Shown: piece by piece, positions 14,290 to 27,873 of the stretch
How positions within the stretch are numbered: position 1 is the stretch's first letter
Layout of the letters: every line of letters begins with the position of its first letter
Origin: Marsupella aquatica
Lineage: Eukaryota; Plantae; Marchantiophyta
Direction of reading: 5' to 3'
DNA: 64,000 nt
NCBI GenBank assembly: GCA_973895155.1
Contig: OZ316892.1
Location: forward strand, 17,846,357-17,910,356
Made by a program: the position numbers and the translations under genes
Notes under the pieces: generated by a model
Database searches by the model: none
The model's input: only the letters and a program-made list of their open reading frames with translations
Told to the model about the DNA's origin: nothing

Positions 14290-16710
14290 TTATACTTTGT
14301 CATCATGGAACCACCAACGGGTCTCCTTTGGGGATCTACCATTCCGGCAATTCCTTACATAACGGTCATTATCTGGAGGTCTTGCCTGTGAATGTACCAA
14401 GCATGTTGATAAACACGTTAGTGGTCTATGTCCTACATAAAACTAAGAGAAAACAGGGCTAATCAGAGAAACACAGGAACCGACACAGTATGAAAGTCAC
14501 CAACCACATTCTTCAGTAGTCTATCAAATAAAACGAAGGTCACATGGGGCGCAGGCTAGATGTCTGCGCCTATCTTCATGAAAAAGACTCACAAAGAGGG
14601 CAGTACAGACTTCAGTAATTCCTAGACATGCACCAACAAGTGTAACATGGGCCAGTTTGTGTTGGGGACGGAAAAGAAAGAACCCGTATGAATTAGACCG
14701 GTTAACAGGCAAAGGCGAAGGCAAATTACCAGAGAGCGGAAATCTAGAGAATCAAAAGACGAGGAAGTATCTAATCAAGCGGCGTAGCAGGAACTCTAAA
14801 ATGCAGTGTCTTCGAAAGGACTACAGCTTATGTCATAAGTTGACATTGAAATTACATCTAGAACTTCAAACTTCGGGCGGTTCTGCACCAATGACTTATG
14901 CATGGACGGAGACACTACACGAAGAGGATGAAGTTGTACAGCACAGTGCCTGATAGGCAAATAGCTTTGAAGTGCGTTGGAAAGCTTTGAGGAATTTGAG
15001 TTCAACAGCAGCTAGGATACAAGCTAGCAGTGAAGTAGGATCCAAGCTAAAACTGAAGCGTGGACCTGCGACTCCTAGGTATAAAGAGGATGGTGGAGAG
15101 AATCTCATGACCTTTCTGTATAACATAGACAGATCAAGGGCAGGAATCCCAACTAGAACGGCGTGCTATTCTTCAGCAAATCTGTTTCTCCATGAACTAC
15201 CGTTTACCCCAAGAAACTATCAAATTTAGTATTCTTATCAATTGCAGAGAAGTGAAGGAGGAGATCAAACAGGTTTTTTACCTTCTGCGTGGCACTGGAC
15301 AACATGGAAAGAATGCTGATGCAGATAGAGCTCACTGTCATTGCAGGTGACCAGGAGTCGTACAAGATATCTGCCACAGAACACAGTCCCTCAATTTAAA
15401 AAAATCTGATTTTAAGCAGCTTCCAATTGACAAAAAAGCCTTGAACGGTTCCCGCAAAGTGAATTTGACCTTGCATATCTTCACATGACAATTTTGTGAC
15501 CGCTTCACATCTTCACCTTGTATTGAGTTCCTCTTTCTTATCAATACGTGATTCAGACAAAAAGCTTGATGAATTGCATGGAAATGAGGGTAGAATTGTA
15601 CCAAGACATATGTGACCGTTGCTGTAGATGTGGGGGTGCAGCGGAGGCGACTGTATGAAGATGACCTAATAAAAACCCAACAGAGTAACCCTTTCAGGTG
15701 CCATTCAGACAAAGACAGACGGTCACAACGTGTGACTGCTTCGCATTTCTAGATGTAACTATATTAGGAGTTTAATTCCTATGCTCCATTTCTATGCCAA
15801 CTAAGTCGAACCTGCACTGTAGAAAGCTTCCATAAGCAGAGAGGGAAAGGTTGCCGCTAACGCAACTCGACCACTCAAAACGATAGAACAAACCAACGAT
15901 CGAATCGTTTCTGCAATACCACAACCATACCTGAGGAGCCTCCATAGGATAATTCTCGGGAAAGTCGACTTGCAATTGGTACTGCTCATTTGAATACAAT
16001 GTGCCCGGCGCTCCTTGGACCTCAATTATCCACCTGCGATGTCATAGGCACTTTCTGCCTCGTAAGGATTTCAACTTCCGGCAAAGGCCTCGGTCTGGAC
16101 AAACCTAGGACCAAACTGAAACTTCAGAGAGGGATACGGAATTAGGGCATAAAAAGGGATTTCTAGGGGTCTGAAAAGCACCTCTGTAGGTTATCCGTGA
16201 CCCTGTGCACGAATCCGGCAGGAGGATTGATTTGCCACTCCGCCAACTCTTTCTGCAAACGATTGGCTGCAATCCTACTAAGAGTCTGCACACGTCCAAG
16301 CCGAACACAAAGAATTGGTGCCTTACAAACGAACTACACGCAACATTTGGCAACGAGGAAGGAGGCCAACGGCGCAGCCCTCTCTCTTCACAAAACTAAC
16401 TCCGTTTCCGGGTTCCAGTGAAGGTCACAGACACCCGGACGTTCTATGCACCCCATCCATGCTACGAATCTGCCGTGGAACATCTGAAAAGCATCCCACA
16501 GCATCCCTAGGGACCTGTGAATCGCAACAAGAAATTATACTAGTATTCACTCTCCACCATGCCACACGCACACACGACTGAAATGCTGATACGTGACAAC
16601 CGTTGCCCAAGAATCATGACACATCATACTGGTAAGGATGGGCCAACTATGGACGGCTGCTCGTGATTGACTGAATTCTTCACCTTCTGTGTTGGTGTAG
16701 ATGTGCTCAT
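14290..16710 (-). CDS. UBC18: Ubiquitin-conjugating enzyme E2, plant UBC15-18 / UBE2W group
   Basis: Exons 16684-16710, 16182-16285, 15931-16033, 15602-15665, 15282-15370, 14290-14385. Translation: MSTSTPTQKTLSRIAANRLQKELAEWQINPPAGF...[58 protein letters not shown]...DNDRYVRNCRNGRSPKETRWWFHDDKV*. The catalytic Cys is in HICL. The exact paralog number is uncertain. Confidence 0.93.
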
Positions 16711-17411
16711 TGTTTATTCCCCAATTTCCGATCCCGCCGCTCCACTCCTCTTGCGCTTTACTCCTCGTTCCAGCGTCTACACTTCAAGTCCGCGACCACC
16801 TCCCTCTCTCCCTTCCCTTCTCTTCCCAAGTTCCCCTCCGTCCCTCGCCAACTAAATAATTAAGTAGCGATCCTGTTTCAGATTCCAAAGGGATTCACCG
16901 CCTTTCCACACCACGCCCCCGCCAGGAGATTATCTTCTCCAGAATTTGATCTCCCTCGGCTCGTCGTCTCACTAATGTGTTTCTGCGAGCTCGTGCGCCA
17001 GAAGGAAGACGCGGGCAGATGGATTGAATGCCTCAGAGTACAGTACATCCCAACAATAGAAATCATCGGCAGCAGGAGCAGCGGCAGGAGCAGCGGCAGG
17101 AGCAGCAGAAACAACAACAACACACACGACAGGAGTGACGATGCTCGTGTAAGCAACGCGGATGGAATCGAGAGTTCTTCCCGGCAAGACGCTGCTAATA
17201 AAAATCGTTCCGGAGTGACTTCAACCCATCCTTTTCGATTCTGCTGCTCCTCTGTAACGCTATGCTTTGCCAGCAAGCCTCTGCTCGCTCCCCTTGCCTC
17301 GTCTCGCCTCGCCTCGCCTCGCCTCACGTGTAGAGTCCAAACTTGGACATAGAAGACGGCCTTCAGAGATGGGAGACAACAAACGAAGAGATCCTTCGCG
17401 GCCTGCTCTAC

Positions 17412-17563
17412 CTCTTTCCCTTGACCTGCCTTTCTTCCCTTTCCTTCCTTTCCTTTCCTTTCCTTTCCTTTCTTCCTTCCTTCCTTTCTCCCATTTCCTT
17501 TCATCCTTTCATCCTTTCTTCCTTTCCTTTCCTTTCCTTTCCTTTCCTTTCCTTTCCTTTCCT
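17412..17563. repeat. Polypyrimidine microsatellite (CCTTT)n
   Basis: Nearly pure C/T tract with repeated cctttcctttcc. (GCCTC)n also occurs at ~17296-17325. Confidence 0.9.
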
Positions 17564-17569
17564 CAACTG

Positions 17570-18030
17570 GGAGAAAATAGTGTTTAGATGGATCACTCCC
17601 AGGAAAGTTGCACAGCCCAGATAAACCAGGGCACTTTTGACCCAACAAAGGAAAATTGATATCTGAGTACAAAAAAGGTTTGGTTGCAGTCCATCTGGGC
17701 AACTCGTCAAAATGTTTAGGTTCATTGGGGCTTCAGTTTAGGTACCTGACCTGACCTCTGCCTGGGACAATTAAAGGTAAAAAAATTTCCCCTCATTCCT
17801 TTCCAGTACCAGGAAAAACAATGCTCAGATGGACCACTCCTATGAATGTTGCAACCGGGACAGACCAGACAGATTTGACCCCCCAAAAAATTAATTGGTT
17901 TAGAAATGAGAAGTACTCCCTTAGCTGGGTTGGTTGCAGTCCATCTACAGTAGGCACCTTGTCAAACATTAAGGTCCATCGGGGCTTCACTTTCCATACT
18001 TGACCTTCTGCCATCTCTGCCTAGGGCAAA
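17570..18030. repeat. Diverged tandem duplication, ~240-bp unit
   Basis: AGATGGA.CACTCC...GTTGCA...TTGACCC...TTGGTTGCAGTCCATCT...GGGGCTTCA...CTCTGCCT occurs at ~17586-17770 and ~17827-18030. Confidence 0.7.
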
Positions 18031-20594
18031 GCCTTCATAAAGCTTTTTTAATTGTTTGCAACTTCCAGGGAAAATAGGGCCATGACCAAAGAGTTCCTTG
18101 GTTGCACTAGCTTGATTGCCCAAGCTTTGCTCAGGCCCAGAGTGCCTTGGTCACCTCTTCCCTCACCCAAAAACTTATCTTCACCCTAGAGTTCCACCCT
18201 AGAGGCTTCACTCTAGACCATAGGCTTCAGAGTGTACTAGTTGCATGGAATTATTTGTTAGATGAAGTCTAAATGAATAGTCTTTCTTTCCATGGCAATG
18301 TACATGTTGCCCTCCCTCCCTCCCTCCTTTGCGAGTTGTGCTTCACCCTCCTTCCTTCCTTTCCCTTATCTGGCCTCCTGCTCTCTCCTTGGGCACCCAT
18401 CTTCTGCTAGGGGAATAGGAATAATTACTCGAGGCTGTGGCTGCCCCCAAGTTTGCCATGTGGAGAGAAGTGAGAAAGTGCTACAATTTTCTCCCCTGTC
18501 CCTACAGATAGAAGGAAGGACCACCATATAATTGTTTTGCAAAGCCCTCCCAGGCTCCTGAATCAGAACTGAATTAACGACTAATAAACCAAATAAAAAC
18601 TTTTGACGAGCCTCTTTTAATTTGGTTGATATATTTTCCCATTTTCCCACTCTTCTTTGTGTACACTGGGTCTCCCCTTGAGATCAATGCCAGGTTCCAT
18701 GGCAGGAAACACAAGCTCTCCAGGAATACTGGGGTGTGTGGATATGGGGGACAACCAAGTATTACACATTCGCTCTAACATGGTGTGCCCTAGGACCAGG
18801 AGGGTGGGAGGGGGAGTATGACATCAGGGGCCATTTAGGTATGGTGTCTACTAGTCCTACATGACAAGGAAATGGGCTCAAGTAAGTGTTGATGTGGAGT
18901 GTTTATTTTGTCTTGATCACCTTCTAGTCGTAGTCTAAGCATGTCCCAACTTTGGCTCCTTCATTGAAGTGACTTGCATTTATAAAAAATTGTCTTAAAA
19001 GATTTTTGATCTGTAATCTAGTTTTAGAACAAGAGGTGGTCCCTGAGGACCCTCCAGCTTGCCTTGGTGAAAAAATCACAAGTACCTCCAATGTCATGTA
19101 AAGCCACCCTCTGTCACTCTTTTCCCACTCTTCTTTGTGTACCCTGGTCTCCCCTTGCCTGCCAAAGGCTGGTCTGGTCCTGTCTGGTCTCTCCCTTCAT
19201 CTCAGTAAGTCTGGGGTTGTGTCTTCCCAGACCGGTCAAATTTGGTGTTGACCGATCTGGAGGGAAAAGGCTTCCCAGACTGCGAGTCTGTCGGATTGCA
19301 ATTGCATTTAATCCGGTGGCCCGGTCCCCACTGAACATAATCACGGGTACAGTACATGCCATTTGACTCCAGGTCCTCTAGTATGACCCTACTAGACATG
19401 GTAGATTGGTAGTCGAGGTGGCCGTCCTCTAAAGTGAGTTCTGTACCTTCGTCAGTCAGCATAATCAATTGTACAGTGCGCATAATCAATTATCCAGTGC
19501 GCAGGTACGGTTCGGGCTTTATTGCAGCTGAACAATTCTCCTCATTGAGAATTGAAAAGGCACCACGGTAGTGACCTCTTCTTTCTCTGCGTGGATAGGT
19601 TATTCTATTTGGGATAGGAGCTGGGGTGGCTCTTGTTTGATGGAAAACTATGGATATCCCAGCCGCTTATAAGTTTGAAAGTTTTGGACAATGCTTCTAA
19701 GACCACCATTTTTAAAACTTGGCGAATCCTTCTAAGGAAACCTTGGTGAATCCAACTCACCCTAGCTAGTCCCTACTGTTTTTACGATAATAAGAAAGTG
19801 GTTTCATTTTCAAAACCTGGTCACAAAAATTAGTCGATAACAAACTCAACATAATGAAAAAATGGTCTTGGCATAATAAAAGAAGTGGGCAAAACTTGAT
19901 ATTTTGTCCTCCCAGGGGCAGTGGCGGTTTGAGTCGTTGGAAGGCATTGCTGTTCGACCTGATTAAGCCTTTGTAGGCACTCATGAAACAAAACTGACAA
20001 TAATGGGGAGATTCAACCCATTTTACATCTGCTGGCTTCGACCAATCTCTTTTTAGGAAAGGATCCGTGGAGCCCCTCAGACTTTTGACCCATAGACCTT
20101 CGGTTCTCTCTTGGATGCTGTCCCCCTTCGTCTTGTATGCTGTCTCGTTGAAGGGAATTCAATCGGATGTCTCAAGGCAAAAAAGGACCCGAGGAGCCCA
20201 ATCATTTCACAAATACAAAACCAAAAAACAAAACAATTTTTGGCAGAGAGAACTGAGCGCGTTTGATCCCGTAGCCTTAAAATATTGGGAGGCGGTAAAA
20301 TTTGTAACCGAGAGGCATTGACATCATTCCAAACAGCTCAAATCTTATCTCCAAAATTTGCAGTGTCCATCTCCAAATGTACACAATTCCAACGACCAAG
20401 CTTAAGAAACTCGAGTACCACGACTCATTGTCAGTTTCAGAAAGCTTTTGGTTACACTAACCATCGTTCAGACCATTTTCAGCAGTTTTCTTCTATGTAC
20501 AGAGATAATCCAGCTTCTTTGACCTACACAAGTGAGTATTGACCAGTCTAATGGCGGCACTTGCAATTAACTTGAAACAAACATTTGACTCCAT

Positions 20595-23500
20595 TCAGAT
20601 AAGCTCTTTCAAGTCGTACCCTTGAAGCTGCAATCAACAGAAACAGGCCTTAGAACTCTTAAAACAGAACAACACAGCAGAACCCCGGAATACACCAAGC
20701 ATTCGGTTGCAGACCAAACAATTTCTAGAATAAGCAGGACTGGTGTATCCTGTATCAGCCTTATCCATGTCAGGAGAGGAAAATAGTAGTTAGCAACGAC
20801 AGGGAAATCTACCCACACATCCAAAAACGATGACTATGTTACTTACCCGCAGTAATGTCAACAGGACCACCACTCCTGAATTCCAGATGGAATGAATCAA
20901 CATTGGAGTGAGTAGATTCCGGGTTTGAGCGTATGAAAAGCCCAATATAACTCCTGCAGTTTTGCCGAGAGAAATTTAGAATCCGCTCACAAACGGTATG
21001 ATTGTGCAATATCTATGTACGTTCAGGAGTCCACAGTCTAATTTGTCCACTGATGTCATGACTTCCAATAATTCAAAAACTATAATTTACTGATTTATTT
21101 TCAGTAGCTATCTTATAAGAGAAAAAGTCTCACCAAGCGCTGCCAGTTGAGGGAACTCTCCCGGTGTTAAATGAGCACCAGCAAACGCAAGGGCACTGAC
21201 CAAAACTGCTACTGGTGTGGGCAACCTGGAATCGCATTGCACGCACGCAAGTCCTATATGAGTGTCAAGCTTACCGCGTGTTTGAAGATCAACTGTAAAA
21301 CCTATCTTTGACCCGTGACATAAGCACTACCAGATTTACAGAACTGATCAGACACGTTGCTAAGACTTGTGAAAATTAAGAGTAGGTATGACCACAGCTT
21401 TAGCATGAATCATAAACATGAATATAAGAATTCATTAATCCACCGACCACAGAAGAGCAGAACATCTCTTTCTGTCAACCTTGCTTGAAGGAACACATAA
21501 TTACGGGGCCAAGGGAGCTTTGATTTACCACTTAGTAAGAGAAGTCATTAAGAATCCACGGAAGATAGTCTCCTCAAGAATGGGAGCGAGCACACCCGTT
21601 ACACCTATTAGTGATAAAGTGCTGCCAGACAAAGGTATTATAGCTAGTAAGATAAGACTATCAACAAAACCTGGCATGTTTAATGCTTCACGTCAGAATC
21701 TTTGAATCTCTGAAGTAGATGTAGCTTTCTAGTCACACGTCTAATCTAGTGAGATCATCAGATCGATGTTTCAAACAGTTGAGAGACTGCTGAAGGACGA
21801 GCTGGCAAGAAAAACATTACTCAACACGGACGAGGCCACAGTCACAAAAAGAGCCTTTGAAAAAGAATCCCTACCTTAGAGGTGAGGCACCAATTATGGG
21901 CATCAGCTGGACAAGTGCATCAGTTTCCTGCAGCATGGCAAAGCATTAGGTATACCACGACTTTCAATAAAAAATGCATGGCTTGAACATCGCATAATGT
22001 GAAATATATCCAAAGCAATGCTCGATAAACAGCACTCAAAGGAATGATTTCTTACATCTCGTGGTGCTGGTTGACCATTTATGGAGATAGTAATGTAACT
22101 AGCTGCCACAACAGCTGCACCAGAACACAAGATTCCTATACCTCCCCAGAGAATCCACCCCCGACGAAGATCAAACGGAGACTTCCATTCTACAAACAAA
22201 AGGGATTGTTCAGGTTTGGAAGACAAGGCTCCGAAGACTGCAAACTGCAATCAATTTTATCCCATGATCATCGTCTCCCTTCGATCAACAAGACCTTCTC
22301 TGAAAGTAAAACTTGAATCAAGATTTTGCAAAAGCACTGTGACGCCTGCTTCAGCAGTTTTCACTCAATCCCGCAGTGTTTCTGTTCAAACTTCTCAAAA
22401 TTGATGCACAGCGGAATACTCACGAACAGAGAAAAGGTCTGGCGGCAACGGCTTGTATGGTGATACGGCTGTATTGACGACAGTTAATCCTGCAATTGTC
22501 TGAGCACTGCAAAGTCCCATATCGCCTCATCAGCTAGTATGCTTTAGGCAACGACCGGCCAACCTTTACTCAAGAAGAACCGTGACAGTCATACGTTTAT
22601 CAAGCGGCCATGGATAGCCAGAAATACTCACAGCTGGTGGACGAAAACATATATAGCCTGATCATCCGAGGACAAAAATTGCCTCCGCCCTATTCCAACC
22701 TGGGCCGCCAGAATTGACAGCAACAACCCTGTCAGCAGGAAGCTGCCCTAGCAACCCTAACCATTACTTAATCCAAAAACACATCAAGAATGTACGTCCC
22801 TTAGAAATTATAGTAATATTAAGTAGCATAAGTTACAGAGATATGAACGAAAGAAATTTGACTCTTATCAATAACTGTGACGTCAAATACACACTAAAAT
22901 TTCAGTACATTTCATTTTGTTTACTTTTCATGCTGTAAAGTGTGTTGAGGTGTAGAGAGAGCGGTACCTGACTAACCACGCAACCATACCCAGAGATGTC
23001 ACTTTGCCACCCCAGGGGATATCCCAACGTTCCAAAAGAGGCCATGATACCTTCTGCAATTAAATCACGCTGAAATCAAGACACAAACTCGGACCGTTTC
23101 GACACACAGACTTATATACTGTATGATACTTTTTGTCCGTGTAAAAAGAAAATGTTCTAAATTGTTTCACAGAAATCTGTGTGTTTCATAATTCAGCAAG
23201 ATTCAGAGGATTCAATCAAGTGAACATCAGAAGGAAGTACTTCCACTGCGAATCAATTAATCTAACGCCGCAACAACCCCCCATATCATGAAAGCAGAGA
23301 ATTGGAATGTCATTGCTCAGATTCTGCTCTACTCAAAATGAAAGAAACTGGGTCAATTTATTATACGCCTGATAGTATTCGACGAAAGCGACCAAACCAC
23401 TTTGTTCGAGAATGTGATTTCCTTTCTTTTTCTGTTCTTTTCTTTTCTTTTCTTTTCATTTCATTTCATTTCTTTTCTTTTTACTTTCTCTGAGTGCCCG

Positions 23501-24047
23501 ATTTTATCTCGCCTCACAAGAGAAGATAATTTAAGTGAATCCTTTAAAGAATGTACAGCGCTCGCACACAAACATGTCCTATGAATTTGTGACTAGGAAG
23601 GTTGAAATTGAGTTCTCCAGCCTCGATTAATTGGCTGCCAAACTCAATTGCTCCCTAAACCAATTTTCGCCCTCAAGCACGAAACGATAACAGACCTCCT
23701 GCGATGAGGAGCTTTCCTGCAATCCTTCTTCATCGGTCTCCTTGCTACCACCGAACCAATTATTCTTCGCATGGCAGGGATTGAATCCTCTTGCTCCACC
23801 CCGGGGATGGAGAAGGCTGTTCAGCGCAGGAGCAGGACCACCACCGAAACGAGCATTTCGCTGAAGGCCATTCAAATCCCCAAAAGCTCTTTCTCCTCCG
23901 TCCTTCGGTTTCCAGCTCCAAAATTGATGCTGATAATGCAGACAATGGCCATCATGTAGTCCTCCTTCTGCTGCCTTCAGAGACCAAAATTGTCGCCCGC
24001 TCATGGACTGGAATCCGAGACTATTCCTGGTAGGATACCCAAGAGAT

Positions 24048-24078
<31 letters not shown>

Positions 24079-24172
24079 AACCTGTGCTACTGAGTCGCTG
24101 AGATGATGGCGCCGGTGAGAGTTCCAGCTGAAGAGCACTCACAAAACGTGTAGAAACCTCCATGGTCACCAT
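20595..24172 (-). CDS. CAAX amino-terminal protease (Abi/CPBP) family intramembrane metalloprotease, probably chloroplast-targeted
   Basis: Exons 23696-24172, 22968-23053, 22632-22742, 22424-22506, 22056-22189, 21875-21927, 21529-21621, 21134-21225, 20847-20953, 20595-20627. The N-terminus is Ser-rich and transit-peptide-like. CPBP motifs are present: APILEETIFRGFL (EExxxR), FAGAH (FxxxH) and IHSIWN (HxxxN). The protein ends LQGYDLKELI*. An alternative start lies at 24163. Confidence 0.92.
24047..24078. repeat. (CTA)n microsatellite encoding poly-Ser in the putative transit peptide
   Basis: About 10 CTA units, read as AGT codons on the minus strand. Confidence 0.85.
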
Positions 24173-25369
24173 CCTATTCGCTAGCTGCACTGCTCTCCCT
24201 TGCTCTCCTCTTCTCTAATCTGTATCTCACGTCTCTCGTCTCCTCTGGTGCGTTCTTCAATTCGTTGCGTGAATGAGCAGAGCAAAAGAACGGCGATGAA
24301 CTGTGATGTGGGCTTAGTTTGAATGAATGGTCATGGCAGGATGGGCAGAGCAAAAGCGATGAAGTATGATTTGGACTCTCATCAGCTGGATTATCTCATT
24401 CCCATTCGGTGGTCTCTCATTCTCGGTCTGTTTCCGCTGCCATAGAATGCATGGGATGGGCAGAAGAGGAGGGCAGAGCAAAGCCGATGGATTGAGATGC
24501 TTTCTTTCAGATAATCGGGAGCCAAGCAAGCATCGCGTTCATGGTTGCGCCTCGTGTTCTGTCTAACCCACTGTCGAGGCAGATGACACGACAGTGCATG
24601 GTTTGGTTGGATGCCACTAATTAACATTGTTTTACTTTCTTGTCCCTCGAACATACCCCACAACTAATTCAATTATCTGCCCCTAAAACTAATGTTGGAT
24701 GGCTTAACCAGATTTATACTAACCCAAGATGACCTGTAAGTGGTTTGGAAATTCGGGGACACGTTGGAGGGTCAGACTCTGACCCCCCTCATACACTACA
24801 AGTGGGGGACGGTAGATAACACGAGAGAGGGAGAGGGTCATGAATGTTACCTTCTGTCAAGCGGGACATGCTAAGAATATTTCCAATATAAACTCCTACA
24901 TTTCTTTTTGACTTAGATCTCACTAAAAACTAAGTTGAATGTGGCTAACGGACCCCTTTGGTGGGAGACTGTCTAATGAGACCCATGGCAAAATTTGTGG
25001 AGAATTTAGTCAAAAGTAGAAAAGGACTCTACTGCAGGTTGAATTTGGAATTTATCACTAAAAACAAATGCTGGTACAACCCTGAACTCTACAATTTTGT
25101 TGTTTATTTTCAAAAATATACTTGTACTATTCTGAACTTCCCTACCTCTAATCCTACCTTGGATATAGGTTCTATTTTTTAGACTTGCCGCAACTTAATT
25201 GTCGTCCCATAAATGAGGGTTACCTAAACCCTAAGAGTTGTATTCCAGTAGCTCTCAAGGATGGCCAACCCCAATTACCCTCAAAGTTTTGCACTTCTCA
25301 GAAACAATCTCAGCCATCCGTGACTTCAAGGTGGCCCTCAATTTCAACTTTGGGGTGGAATGCTCGTCA

Positions 25370-26740
25370 GTCCGCTGGGGTCCTCACTTCTCTTCTTCTG
25401 ACCCATCACAAAAAAATAAGTATAGGATTTTTATTGGGTTTGTGGAAAGACTTTTGAATTTTTGTGGAAGAGAATTAGGGGTATGTTAATCCACTTTTGA
25501 TAATTATAAGAATCATATGTTTTTTTTAAAGAAAGGTGAAAATATTCTAAGAAGGTTCCAAAATAATTTACTAATGTTTTAGGGTGCTTATTCCGCCAAA
25601 ACTTTTCGAGTGATATGGGACCCCACCTGGAGTGAAGCTCCCGAGGTCAGGCCTTCCACTTTCACATAGACTGGTTAGTTTGGCACCTTAATGCATGTGA
25701 TTTTTGACCAACAATTTTCTATTGTGCAGACAGTATCAATGACAGCCATTCCACTCCTGCATCCAACAAGTTGATGGCATAATACAACATTGCACTAGCG
25801 CCAATTATTCCTTGAGATTGATTCCTTCAAGCAATACTCTCAATCAATCCTTCAAACCAATGGAATACCTATTTCAATTCCTGCCCATTTGTACATCATC
25901 TTTGCCTCTGTGCGCAACTTGGATGCAAAAAAGAACTTTCAGTGAGCTTCATTGTTTGTTGGTAATTTTGTGCATATATTGGCATCCCTTTCTTTTGACT
26001 GGGAAAACTTTCTTGTGTAGGCAATTTGCTTGAAATGATGAGGTTGGTCTCTCTTTTCAGGGAATTTTGTGAGAATTCTTGTGTAATGAAGCTCCTTTGT
26101 CAAGGTTCTCAATGAGTAAGTTAATCTCATCAGTTGTCAGTCAAGTCCATCAATCAATCTGATATTAGTTGCCATGTCATCTTAGAGATGTCGTGTGGAG
26201 GGGAAATGGGCAAAAAATTGATTTTTTTTAAATTGAGGAGAAAATGTTTATCACTATGGGGTGTTCATACCGTTTGGACACCCCATCTTGGTGAGGTCAG
26301 CTGAGATGGGTTGTGTCCGTACAATACATACACAAGATTTTGCCCCCACCCCCCCCCCCCCCCAAGATTAAAATAAATAAAATAAAATAGAAATTGTTTT
26401 GTTTCAAATTTCTGGATTTTGGTTGTTGGTCCATTTAACTATCACGATGAGGATAGCCAAGATTGAGCCAATCTCAACTACCCAAATGCGATGCAAGGAG
26501 GTGCAAAGGCCTCATCTCAACTATTTAGCTGAGATTCACAGAATGTAAAGTAACCTTGGGGTCCTTACTTCTTTTCTTCCGGCCCATCATGCACAAATAA
26601 GTGTACCATTTTTTATTGGGTTTAGTGAAAAACATTTAAATTTTGTGGAAAAACATTAGGGGTGTTTTAATCCAAGTTTGAAAATTACAAGAATCCTATG
26701 GTTTTGTGAGAACATCCTATTAATTTAGGGATTAAAAAAT
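25370..26740. repeat. Two copies of a dispersed AT-rich repeat family (probable MITE remnants)
   Basis: GGGGTCCT.ACTTCT.TTCTTC...TTTTATTGGGTTT...TTTTGTGGAA...TTAGGGG...AAGAATC occurs at ~25377-25520 and ~26558-26700. Related sequence lies at ~47440-47700 and, reversed, at 43915-44140 and 44310-44540. Confidence 0.6.
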
Positions 26741-26837
26741 GAACAAAAGCCCTGATGGACTGGTACGTTGTCCCCAGTTATCCCTATAAACTTTGACAGG
26801 GGGACAACCCATTTTACACCTAATCATGAGACAGCCC

Positions 26838-27109
26838 AATTGCAAATGTCTTTCCTGTCAATGTTTTGCTCCTTCAAGTTTGGCATCTTCCTCTTCTTCT
26901 TGGGCTGGATTGTAGTTATGACCTTCTCTGTGATATTCTTTCTGCCCGAGACCAAGGGAATTCCCATCGAGGAAATGCAGCACCTTTGGGGATGGCATTG
27001 GTATTGGAAGAGGTACATTCCTGAGGCAGAGGTATTGGAGCAGGAAATGCAGGTTGATAATGATCTCCCCATGAGTCACATCAGCACAAATACTGGAAAC
27101 CAAGTTTAG
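26838..27109 (+). pseudogene. Isolated 3' fragment of a sugar transport protein (STP/hexose transporter, MFS)
   Basis: SFLSMFCSFKFGIFLFFLGWIVVMTFSVIFFLPETKGIPIEEMQHLWGWHWYWKRYIP matches the STP TM12/PETKG/WxxHWxWKR signature. No upstream STP exons were recognised, and repeat DNA lies immediately 5'. Confidence 0.8.
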
Positions 27110-27746
27110 ATTGCAGAAGTGTCATGGTTGAGATTGGCCTTATATGATTTAGCATCCACTTGATGCATATTTGCATCACGAAAGGCCATCCCAATCTAGG
27201 CCTGTACTCTCCCATACCTTGCACTCTTTGAAATCCAGTTGTTACTCTTACCTTATGACCAACATCATCTTGGATAATATTGTGCATTCAGTTGCCACTC
27301 CTAACTTATGACATTTCTTTGTGTTGCACTCTTTGAAATTCAGTTGCCACTCCTAACTTGTGGGCAATATCATATAAACGACAATGTGCAATGGCTTGTA
27401 GAGTGTAGAGTGGAACATATTATCGTTTCTGTCAAGTATATAGTACATAACTCACCCTCCTTTTATGATTCAAGGCTACAGGTCCCTGGAAAGTCATTAT
27501 GCACTGCCCACCAACTGCTGCCCAACGTATCTGCAACAAAAAGAGCTTAAATACTGAAAGTGCTACCATAGTTCCAAACAGGCTTTGGTGTACTGGTAGG
27601 TAGGTAGGTTCAAATCTTCCTGGAAGCGCACTGCACTTTACTTAAACCCCACCCAAAAGATGTTTGTGACTTTTAACTTCACTTTACATACACCCCACCC
27701 AAAAGTGAAGTTCAGACAAGTTTGTGAATTTCAGATAATGTATACA

Positions 27747-27873
27747 GTTAAGGTAGCCAGGTGTTTCTTTATGCAGTATTTTAGTCGACCGTATATGGTC
27801 GACCCGCGTATGCGGGGAGACCATATATGGGAGACAAAATACGTGCATAAAGAAACAAACGGGCGACCTTAGC
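27747..27873. repeat. ~125-bp imperfect palindrome (hairpin module) at the left end of the YR element
   Basis: Arm pairs: TAAGGT/ACCTTA, TGTTTCTTTATGCA/TGCATAAAGAAACA, GTATTTT/AAAATAC, TATATGGTC/GACCATATA, CCCGC/GCGGG, around a GTAT loop. Confidence 0.85.

Noticed and set aside
16878-17702. 274-aa ORF with KGKER repeats
   Set aside because: It is a translation of the (CCTTT)n and (GCCTC)n microsatellites and the UBC leader, with no domain signal.
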